From Gnetum montanum (taxonomy: Eukaryota > Plantae > Gnetophyta), in contig MNCI01002657.1 of the NCBI GenBank assembly GCA_015680685.1, positions 163,858 to 227,857 of the forward strand: a stretch of DNA of 64,000 bases. Reading direction: 5' to 3'. Position 1 is the first letter of the stretch; every line of letters begins with the position of its first letter. Of this stretch, positions 49,844 through 60,589 are shown piece by piece. The notes beneath the pieces are model-generated. The model was not told the origin of the DNA. It did no database searches and saw nothing but the letters and a program-made list of their open reading frames with translations. A program made the position numbers and the translations under genes.

Positions 49844-50859
49844 TTAAACCATGTACGTCTTACTGACCTGCAATAGATTAGTGTGAGGTACTTTAAGGTT
49901 TGCAATGCTTGCTCTGCAATTTCTTCGCATAAATGCATAGAAGTAGTTTATGAAAAGTTTCTTCAAAAAGAGTGAGTCTTTCCTGGCTCTAACATCTCCA
50001 TGGCCCACTAGGTACACAGCTCCTACCTCTCTGTCTTCGTAAATAGATGCGATTTCAGATTGAATTTGTGGAGGATGTTCACCAAGACCAGCCATGATGC
50101 TAGTGTGTTGTGTGTCTTGTTTGAATTGTGCCATCAAGGGTACTTGAAGAGGATTGTCTACGTGGCCATCTGATGAACTTGCCGCCCCTCGGGAATCATC
50201 ATCAGATTCAATGGTGTGAGGTTCAGACTCAAGGGCTAGTTCTCTTACTTCTCTCAAAATGAAATTTTGAAGACTTTGAATAAGAAACTGTTCAAACATA
50301 CTATGATTCTCTTTGTGGATATCCTTGTAACCATATCTGGCCACACAACGAAACATGTTATAATCCTTGGGACAAATCCTTCTAAAGAGAAAGCGCTCAG
50401 CAGGGGGTACAAACGGAACTGGCACATATTTTATGCATACAAACACAATGGTGGAATGTATAGCAGGAAGGCTTGTCAGAAAATGACCAAATATAGCAGG
50501 CACACCACGAACAAGCTCACTGAATATTAAAGCAATCCCTGGTACTCGCACTGTTCCAAGATTCGATCCTAGTTTTAGCATCAAACCCATAGACATTTTT
50601 TGTTTAACTTCAGCATTATACTTCAGGACAGATCCATAGTTCCAAGTATACATGATCAGAAGGAAGAATATAGAAAACACTAATGGAAGCCAACCACCTT
50701 CTCCTATCTTGACCAAGACTGCAGAAAAGTACAACAGCTCAAAAGATCCAAAGATAATTACAAAGCCAATCACATAGAAGATGTGTATTTGCCATATAAG
50801 AAGCATAACAAGAGTTACAAGGGTAGTTGTCACCATCATCACCCCTACTTCTGCGATGC
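49844..50859 (-). CDS. KUP: KUP/HAK transporter last exon
   Basis: Acceptor TGCAG|GC; GIAEVGVM...VSKTYMV*. Confidence 0.95.
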
Positions 50860-53800
50860 CTGCATACAACGGGAGAAAAAGGCTCATGACATATTTTTGC
50901 CTTTACGAAAATAGCATGACCTCATATTAATCTCTGACATCTTTCCTAACATGATATAGTTTAAAGGTATCTGTATATGAAATAATTTAATAAATCTTCA
51001 AACATTACAGAATGAGGAAGTGATAAATAACTTACCATAGGCATTAGAGATCTTAGTTGTGCTATTAAAAGTTGCACATACAAGTACACACATAATCATC
51101 AAAAACCAATTGGCAATAGGAATATAAATCTGACCCATAGAGCTCTTTGAAGTATGAATAATTTTGAGTCTTGGAAAGCAACTGAGTGCCATTGCCTGCC
51201 TAATACATGAAAATGTTGCAGAAATCATTGCCTGACTTGCAATCATTGCAGCAGCGGCGGCAATCACAAATATTGGCCAGAAAAAACCATCTGAAACGAG
51301 ACAAAAACTTAAGCCAATATTGCATTACAATAAAATAAACAAAGCGTTCATTTGAACTATTCCATTCATAGGAAAGAAAAATTTACGTGGTTTCAATGCT
51401 TTTAACTTTAGAAGGCCTTTGTTAAACTTGTATGCATTATTATTTCCATAAAAGTAATACCTGGAATGGAAGCATAAAATGCTGTGTCTGCCATGGTAGG
51501 GTTTTTAATAAGATATGCTGCTTGACCCATATATGCCAAAAGTAGGCATGGGAACACTACACATGTAAAAGCTATCTGCCATGTCGAATAAATATTGTTG
51601 CTGAAAATAGGATTTGCATGTAAATAACTGTTGAGTAAGAAATGAGAAGAGTAATGTTTAAAACTTACTTGGATTGATCTCACTGAAAAGTGACCCAAAT
51701 CAGCAAACATTGCCTCAGCACCTGTTAGTCACAGAAGTTAAAAATTAATATTGCCATAAAACAAATAACATGAATAACAATGGCACAACCCTCTGCCTTG
51801 AAAAATTGCAGGATAATGATTCGGAAGTTCAAGTTTTTTTATTAAGTTTGCAACCCCAAAAAAGAGGTTAAATTACTGTTTTCTGTTAGCAAAAACAAAG
51901 CAGCATGAATCCTGAATTCAGTGGGAGAAACAGAATACAATTTTGCTCTAGTTCTTAAGGTAAGACTATGCATATAGCTTAATTAAATGAAGTGAACTAG
52001 AAGATCTACTTGTTAAAGATAATTTAGAAATTATCTTGATCCCTCATTGTTCATGTCATGATGTTTGTGCTTTATGTCATGTTTACTTTTAATGTTAGTC
52101 AAGTCATGTGATAGTTAGGAGTTAGAGTTCATGAAGTTGATTCATGTTTTAAAGTTTAGGAAAGCATGAGGACAAAAGTGAGAAATGGGGGTTTAATATC
52201 CCTTGATTTGTTGTGTCCCCATCTCAAATGCTATGAAAGGAGACCTAGGCTCTCCATTTGAGCTTGATGTGCAGCTGAAAACTGATGTAATAGTGCTCTG
52301 TTTCATTTCAATAAATGGGGAGAAGAAGTGTTTTGTACTTGTCTCTCAAGCCTCAAGCTCTCTTTTCTTTTCTTTGTTTCATTTCACAATGATTTCTTAC
52401 CATAGATGATGCATTAGCCCAGAGTTTTACTGTCACTTCACATCCATTTCTCAATATTTTACAATCTCATTTCATATTTCACAATGTTATTTCACATATG
52501 ATCTCTCATTTCACAAGCTATCTTTCAATTTAACATGTCATTTCACAACATCCTTTAATTACGGTTCATGTTGATTTACATCTCTCAATTTCTACATGGT
52601 TAATGTATGAATGACGTTTTGAAGATTAGATCTTAGCTACTTCTACAAACATTTCACAAGAATTCACCCTAATCCTACCTCACTTCTCAAGGCTTTTAAG
52701 GGATTCTTATGATTATGATGGAAATCTTTCTTAATCTATGAACTAAAACTAGTTTTGCTTGCATGGTGTAATTTCCATACATGTATTAACAAGACAAGTT
52801 AATTTGTGATAATCAAACTATTCTAGCAAATAAAAAGTAAGATAAAGAAAAAGAAAATGATGAAAGAGTGTAAAACATTATTCTAAGTAGTTGAATACCA
52901 CTTACCCCCCAGCAACAGCACCAAAATAATGAGCTCTTCCACAACTGGACACTCTTGTTCCAAATCTGACCCTTACTTTGAGGGTCTACATGAAGATTTA
53001 TTCATAATTGCATGTTCATGTTCTACAGGGGAATGAACCCTTAGTTTGATGCCAAAATGATGGATTTGATTTGCATAAATGTTTAAAAGATTGATATAAG
53101 TCATCCTGCATGTTTTCTATCTGTTATGTGCAGGATTGGGTCAATTAATGCTCCTAAATCCTGAATTCAAAACCCGATTTCTATGTTTCTTGTGCCTATG
53201 TATTTACTGCAACCTCGTCTGTCATTCACAGTCAACTTGTGGTTAGTCTCTAGATTTCTCTAATCTAACCATGACTCATAGTATTTTCTATTATTTTTCA
53301 CTGCAACTTGCAGTCTTTTGGAATTTGGCCTTAGCCACAACTTGCAACCTTCTCACGATTTAGTCACATTCTTCACTGTGACCCACGTGTTGATAGCTCT
53401 GTTTTTAGTTTTGATGTGTCAAATTTTAAGGAATGAAGAAGTGCATTTGTATAGTTGTGTACATGTGCAGGTTTGAGGAGCAGAGATTTGGTGCTAACAT
53501 AAAACCAAGAAGGGTCAACTTATTCAAAGGATGATTAGAGATAAAGGAAGCTGTTTCCTGAAGTTTCAAATCAGAATGGATGTCAACGAAGACTGAATCA
53601 AGGATTTTGGGATGCATAAAGGCAAGGATCAATCAACTCAACATCATCTTTCCTCAACCCTGGATGCAGCCCAAACGTCTGGGCTTTATGGTGTGCATCC
53701 AGGCCAAGAACAAGTAAGAATCAAAGCTCGACTTCCATCCAGCCCAAAAGTCCCAAGCTTGAGGGTGGAGTGTGGATGTCCCACCAAAACTACTTCAGAT

Positions 53801-56800
53801 GTCAGGGTGGACATCCCAAACCTTCCCAGATGTCCCACTAGAATGTTAGCTTTTTGCAATGTAGATGTCCAAGCCTCAAATGGGACATCTCAGGTAGCCT
53901 ATGAAGAAATTTTTTTTAAAATAAAACATTTCTTATTGTTTCCCAAACTCCAGTTCTTTGCAAGAAACTTTCTTGGAGACAAGGGCTATTAAAAATCATG
54001 CCCTAACCTTCAAAGATGCAAGCAACTCATACTAATCATAGGCTACATCACTTTGGATTGAGCAAGGATTTGCATTAGCTAAAGGGTTGGAAGTTTGATT
54101 TGTTTCTTGGGGGCTACACCACTATTGTTAATTCATTCACCCAGGATTTGAGCGTTCATTGTCCTACATGATCAGAGATATTGTGGTTTCTCATTGTTCC
54201 AATCATTTGAGAAATTTGTACTTAGGGCTTGCTATGTGAATGCCCTAGTGTGAGCTTGATTTGTGTAGATTTAATTTGTAGAATCATCTCCTTACACTTC
54301 ACACCTTTATGTAATCCTGAAAGCTTTGTGAAGCATATATTCTCACTACAGAGAGATCTACATTTTATCCTTGAGGGGTTCACACTCGGATGGCCTAGTG
54401 TCTATCATTTTGTTTCTACTCTAAGGGGTATGTGATTGTGTTCTGCAAGAGCATCACAGTTTGTTTTTAACATTATGAGGTCTTTGGAAATCCTATGGCA
54501 TACCAAGATTATTCACCCTACAAGAAGTGTGTAGCATCCAAAGATCTACCACAATGGTAGCCTCAACTACATCTTTAATTTTAGTAAATTTTAAGGTGGC
54601 GAGCTTTACCACATATATTGGTGAGTGTTTTCCATTGTGCATTGCAGTTCATAATTTTAGGCATTAAGTTTTGCATCATATTTAGTTTAATTTTACTGTT
54701 GTATTATGTGGCAATTTCCTATAAAACTCATTCAACCCCCCTCCTTAGTTCATCAATCTCCACAACACCCACTTATGGTCTACCTATGACATCAGTTTTT
54801 ACAATTATTAGACTTTCCACAATTCACATCCCACTCACACTCAGCTCATTACCTTCATCATGACCCCACTGTGACTCAATGTTAGTACAAATCTGAATAT
54901 TGCGACCTGCTTCCAACTTGTGGTCTACTCGTGATCAATCAAAAGGCCCTCAAATCAGTCTGCTACTAAGTGCCTATGCTCCCCAAGCCCGCTTTGTTAC
55001 CGTTGCATACTCTGACACAATGAGATATTAGCTTAGTGGTAAAAGTCTTGGCTTGGTAACCCCAGGTCATAGGTTAAATTCCACTAGGCAACATTAAGTT
55101 ATAAATTTAAAAAAAATTTGTAAAAGGAATTCTAAAACTAGTTCGATAGATGCAAGGGGTTTCAATGGACATAAATAAACAATTTCAATTTCATAATATC
55201 ATTTCTTGTATTCCATCATCATCATCAGCCTAGCCTTATCCCAACTACATGGGTCAGCTATATGAATTCTTTTCTGCTATTCACTTTTATTAAGAGTGAA
55301 ATAAGTATTAACACCCATATCTTAGATATGCTTCTTAATGCTTGCAAAACTAAGTATGTCTAAGTCTATCTCCTTGTTGTTGCCCCTCAACTTCAATAAA
55401 GCAACCTGATGAGGAGCTCCCATGGATTCCACAATCCAAGCTATCTCAATGTCACAAAACAGCAATTTTGAACAAGAAAAGAAAATGAAAGCTTTCTTCT
55501 TGCTCAAATGGATAATTTACAACTGAAAGGAAACATTAACACCCATATCTTAGATATCCTTCTGAATGCTTGCAAACCAATTATGTTTAAGTCTATCTCT
55601 CTGTTGTTGCCCCTCAACTTCAATAAAGCAAACTGATGATGAGCTCCCATGGATTCCACAATCCAAGCTCTCTCAATGTCAAAAAATATCAAATTTTGAA
55701 CAAGAAAAGAAAATGAAAGCTTTATTCCTGCTCAAATGGAGAATTTACAGCTGAACGGTAGCACACACTCTCAAGGACAGGCAAAATTCAATCTAATTCT
55801 TACACCACTCTCCAATAAAGAAAACACACTCTCACAAGGATGATAACCAAGGCACCTAGCCAAGACTCTATCACTCTCTACTCTCTTTTCTTAACTCACC
55901 TCTCTCTCCCTAGACTCCCTTAGCCAAAACGAAGGCCCAAGAGGTCTATTTATATCCTTCCCTATTGTCTCTTCATCTTCCCTCTTTGAATTCAAAATTT
56001 GAATCTTTAAAAATCCATAGGAAATTGCCTCATGTCCATACAAGACATCTTGGAGGAGAATGAGACATCTTACCCAAAAGTAGCCAGTTTACAGAGGAGA
56101 CATCTCACAGCCAGAGGAGATGTCTTGAAGATGGAGGAGACGTCTTGTTTCAGGTGAAGACATCTTGGATGCTAGGGAGACATCTTGTTGAAAGAGGAGA
56201 CGTCTCACCTTCTAGGGCCAAAAACAAGGATGCTTGTTTTGAGGTCTAGAACCTCCAGACACTTCTAAACAAGTCCCCATTAACCCTAGAGCCTCCTAGA
56301 ATCATCAAAATAGGCTCAAAACACCTCCAAATATGCCAAAACTCAAGGGAAAGATCCCATCATTGTTTGATGTCTACATCACAACCTCTTCCAACAAATA
56401 CATTCTCTAGTCTTCTCAGCACATGACAAAACCATCTAAAACAACTTTGCTTAATCTTCTTGTCTATGTGTTCTATCCCCAAACTTCCTATAATAAGAAA
56501 GTTGTTGATATGATCATTTCATATATTTCAGGTTAATATTATACCTTTCTAAGTATGAAATGACTCTCAACTCCTTCAATGGGCATATCTTTCTTCTGCT
56601 TTTGTCACTAAACCTATGTGAAGGAAGGAATATCATCTCTTTTTTCTTTTTTCTTTTTGTTGCTGCAAAGTTCCATTCAGCACCCTACCATTTGCCACTA
56701 TGTACAGATGATGTGGTGCAAATTTCAGTAATTCACAATATCAACTCCCAGCCAAGTTTTGCACTGCACCCTTTTCTTAAAAGTAAGGGGATCATGATAC

Positions 56801-59323
56801 ATTGATGCTTTGCAATTACATAAAAAATTATATGAATTTAACACACCACCACCATCAAAACCTCATGATGCTTCTATGTATTTTATCTTCCTTAAAGCAT
56901 GGAATTCTATAGGCTTAGGATAAAAATGTAGACTTTTTATCAATAAATATACTGAAGTTGAACCCAAAACGAACCAAACCAGCAACGGAAAAGAACAGGT
57001 CTGCTAAGGGAAGGGAAGGAAATTAATTTTAAATATCTCAGTACTCAGATTTGTGAAAACTCTCACATATGTTGTGGGCGATACAGTAGGTTTCTCAAAG
57101 ATGATATCCCATAATGCAGGTCATAAACCTATATCATGGAACTTTGAACAGTATACTCGAGGAATTGAATTTATATGCATTTTCAGTGTATAGTATGTTT
57201 TAATTTCATAATCAAGGCGGCCAATGCAAAATCATCTACATGCAACAAAATATTACCCAAAATTCTCATATGGAGAATTGATTATTAATTGATGCTGCTG
57301 CAGCCAATTTATTGGTAGTGATGCATCCTTGACTCTGAAAGGTTCTGCTCTTCTGAACAGAACCTTAAAAAACCTAAAGATTTTGTGGTTCAAGTATTAT
57401 CTTATAGGTTAAAGATATTCATAGAACTCTCTCAAAGCATTGAATTAATTAACAAGACCTCGTCAATATCGGAGACCTCGTCAATATCGGAATATGATGA
57501 GAGATGTCATAGGAAGTTCAATAAATTTCGGCTTTTAACTAGTGACTGGATTTCTTTTCTTTCACAAAATTCCTCTTATTCTTAAAATGTTAGCGATGGT
57601 TCTGAGGCATGGACAGTTGAGAACTTAAGGAATTTGGATTGCTAAGTGTCAATGATATGGCTAGAAATTTTTTATGCTATTAAAAGTCACAACATATTAT
57701 AACATTGAAGAAGATGTATTAAAAAAAAACGATTCTAATTCATATATTTTATATGTCACTGCTTTATGTTCCTAGCTGATAACTGTATTTTAAAATGTTA
57801 AACTTTATTTTAAAATGCTTGCTTTTCATGTTCAATACTGGTTGCACTTTTTCTTTCGTCTATTATTTCCTTTATCATCTCATTCCATTGTTTCAAAGTC
57901 ACACATCAACATAAACCCAAAATTAACAACCCTCTAACAAGAAAGAAAGATATTGCCATGTAATACTTGGGAGATCACTCTTAGGTGAGGCGATCTGATC
58001 ACTCTTAGGTGAGGCGATCTGATCTTATTATTCACAATGCACATAACACTGTTCATTTCTAGAATGCTTTCAACTTTTCCTGCATCTGTTTTACTTGAAT
58101 TTGAAATATAATGAATACAATATTGTTTTTCTGTAACGTGCTAAATTGAGATATTACCTGTTATGCAAAGCACACATCCCCCGAGAGCCATCCATGCTTT
58201 TGATGTATTTCTCTGGGCAAAGGATATGATATACAGTGGATTTAAAGCCTTAACAACTGTGATATCGTAGGTGATAATATTGTAAATGCCCATTAAAGCA
58301 AGGGAGGCAAACCAAATGGAAAGAACTGGTGCAAATGTCAAGCCTACTTTCCTTGTTCCAAATTGTTGAATGCTAAACAAACCCACCAAGAACACGATTG
58401 TGATTATCAAAACTGTATCTGCAAGACAAAATATTGTAGTAGTAAAAAATTATTCAGTGTTTTTATAAAGGATGATTAAAATGGTACTAATCCTTCAAAT
58501 AAATACATCAGTTTCATCACTGAATTGTTCATTTTCTATGATTCAAAAGTCTTTGATATTGAAGCATGCTCTGACCAAAAGGACATGCAGAGAAAAATTA
58601 CTAACTCTGAGTGAAGCTGGATATCTGATCTTTGAGACCACTTACTGCAGACATCACTGTCAAAATAATGAAATTACATGAAATAAATTACTAAACAATC
58701 ATAGAAGCAATAAAAGATAGTTATATTAAATAGGATTTAGATGGCATGTACTGCAGACCTGACATTGCTGGAGTAAGTATTCCATCCCCAATCACCATTG
58801 AAGTACCCATAAGCACCAAGAACAATATAAGGGTCTTTAAACTTGTACTTTTCTCAAGTGCTTCTTTGACTTTAGTTGATCTTTCCAATTCAGGGCTCGG
58901 AAGCTTTAACTTGTAGCTGGATATTTTTTCATCTGATAACTGTTGGTTGGGAATCATGCTGATTTTTGTATACCTGCATAATAGTGAATACAGGGAGAAT
59001 GTTCCTCCTGCAGCATAAGCATAATCACAGTATTATGCAATTGCCTGAATTTAAAAAATTCTCTCACAAAACCAGCCCTTGTTCTTAAAGTTACCTTCTC
59101 CATTGTCATTTGCTTTCAGAACAATAAGCACATATTTAGCCAGAGGAATTACGGCTATAGTGTAGATGACTAAAGATAATGCACCAAGTATATCAGCTTC
59201 TGATCTGATAGGGACTTTGTTAAATACACTGCTAAAGACGTACAAAGGACTGGTACCCAAGTCACCATAGACCACCCCTAGTGTTTGAAATGCCAGTTTG
59301 AGAGTCTGTGCTAATGAAAGAGC
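49844..59323 (-). CDS. KUP: KUP/HAK/KT potassium transporter (KUP12/KUP7-like clade); 8 exons in window, N-terminal exon not found
   Basis: Exons 59323-59095, 59007-58759, 58656-58606, 58418-58158, 51721-51669, 51575-51461, 51290-51036 and 50859-49844, all GT-AG, total 2229 nt in frame. Signature motifs [49 protein letters not shown]. Confidence 0.95.
51036..51290 (-). CDS. KUP: KUP/HAK transporter exon (255 bp)
   Basis: [26 protein letters not shown]...GQIYIP...NAY. Confidence 0.93.
51461..51575 (-). CDS. KUP: KUP/HAK transporter exon (115 bp)
   Basis: [22 protein letters not shown]...SIP. Confidence 0.93.
51669..51721 (-). CDS. KUP: KUP/HAK transporter exon (53 bp)
   Basis: [17 protein letters not shown]. 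Confidence 0.93.
52927..54755 (+). mobile_element. Athila-like LTR inside the KUP intron
   Basis: T(A)ATGAGCT...AGTTCATCA terminal inverted repeat; GGA(T/C)(G/A)TCC motif cluster at 53600-53890; TATA-like site near 53986; CAACCCCCCTCC near the end. No TSD found. Confidence 0.6.
55022..55117 (+). mobile_element. tRNA-derived SINE remnant
   Basis: A-box-like TAGCTTAGTGG (55029), B-box-like GGTTAAATTCC (55072) and a poly-A tail at ~55109-55117. Confidence 0.55.
55214..56500 (-). mobile_element. RTE-clade LINE 3' fragment interrupted by a solo LTR
   Basis: Minus-strand translation [19 protein letters not shown]...KRIHIADP (RTE C-terminus); (GAT)n tail and GCCTTATCCCAAC end motif. Confidence 0.75.
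55634..56381 (-). mobile_element. Solo LTR of the B/D CRM-like family
   Basis: Homologous to the D LTRs. TSD CAACC at 56382-56386 matches 55402-55406 in the duplicated junction copy (CAAAC in the adjacent copy). Confidence 0.88.
57455..57490 (+). repeat. Perfect 18-bp tandem duplication
   Basis: AGACCTCGTCAATATCGG occurs twice. Confidence 0.9.
57973..58024 (+). repeat. Perfect 24-bp tandem duplication
   Basis: GATCACTCTTAGGTGAGGCGATCT occurs twice, followed by GATC. Confidence 0.9.
58158..58418 (-). CDS. KUP: KUP/HAK transporter exon (261 bp)
   Basis: [18 protein letters not shown]...[10 protein letters not shown]. Confidence 0.93.
58606..58656 (-). CDS. KUP: KUP/HAK transporter exon (51 bp)
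   Basis: [17 protein letters not shown], with AG/GT boundaries in phase. Confidence 0.9.
58759..59007 (-). CDS. KUP: KUP/HAK transporter exon (249 bp)
   Basis: [12 protein letters not shown]...[10 protein letters not shown]. Confidence 0.93.
59095..59323 (-). CDS. KUP: KUP/HAK transporter exon (229 bp)
   Basis: [19 protein letters not shown]...ANDNGE. Confidence 0.93.
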
Positions 59324-60589
59324 CTGTGAATAATTGATGTGGATAAGTCCACCACTCAGAATTCAAAGTCTTTAATATTCAATAGGAAATAAGATTTCAC
59401 AACTTACAAGTCAGAAGTTCTGTCTCAACAGTTTGTAAAGATACAGAAAAAGAAACTGAAAATAAATTTATAACTATATTACATCCATAAAAAAACACAT
59501 GGGATTTACTGGTTAGAACAACTGCCAGTTTAATCAAATTTGAACCTTCTCAATGTAGTGGCTCAAAGACAGTACGCTGCTGGCAAAAGATATAAATTAT
59601 TAAGAGCCATCACCCATGTTTTTTGAATAGATTGTAACAGCACATTTGAAGAACATGGTGTTGTACACACCAAATATACATGTTCCTTATTGCATAAGAT
59701 ATCATCCGTGGACCTATTTCAGTATTTTTATGTGATGCAACCATACGTGCTCTCCTCATTTTATCCCTAATTAAGTGCCAAGTGTATATCTATGTAAAAT
59801 TTTTCTTATCAGTAACATTACTCCAAAAAGTGGGTGAATGTTGACAAAATAGGTACAGAATTGTGTACAACCATTAAGTTCAAGTCCATGCATAGAGGAT
59901 ACAATAAAATATACTTTAAGGTTGATGTCTAGTGCACAGCTGACAATAAAGACTATTTCCAAATTATTTTGTAATGACCCACTTTTTCTTAGGTTCATAT
60001 CCTGATGTTTGAGATTGCGATTGTGAATGTACTTTGTTATGATTATGCATATAGTTTGGTCTTGATTTGTAATTATGATGGACTTAAGTGGTGTTAACCA
60101 TGCACTTGTAAATTATGTGCTTTGGTACTGATTTATAAATTTATCTATGATCTGATAGTGTCGTTAATAAGACCATGTTTATAATTTGTACGATTTGGTA
60201 TTGATCCAGTGATATATCTATGATTTGATGAAGGTGATGAATTTAAGTGCAACTGATATGCTTGTGGTAATAAATTTAAGTACTGTTGATGTGCTTGTGT
60301 TGATCGATTTAAGTGTTATTGATGAGTTTGATGATCTGTATATTTAATGCTGACCTGTCAATCTATCTATGATTGCATAATTGTGATGGATTTGAGTATT
60401 GTTAATATGCTCTTGACCTATATGTTGAATGACACCTTTTGTATGCATTGGCTAAATCATGTATTGGTGATTGGTTGTGTTGGGGTGAGAATTGACATGA
60501 TCAACTCACACCTCATACAGAATATCATGTTTACTTTCCTAATATCACTAACACAATAAAAGGTAGTGCAACATTATCTGCAACTACAA

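Noticed and set aside
52011-52596. Possible copia solo LTR (TGTTAAAG...TTTCTACA)
   Set aside because: No matching TSD (CTACT vs TGGTT) and no second copy in the window.
55022-55100. tRNA gene
   Set aside because: A/B boxes are degenerate, no convincing cloverleaf, and a poly-A follows, so a SINE is more likely.
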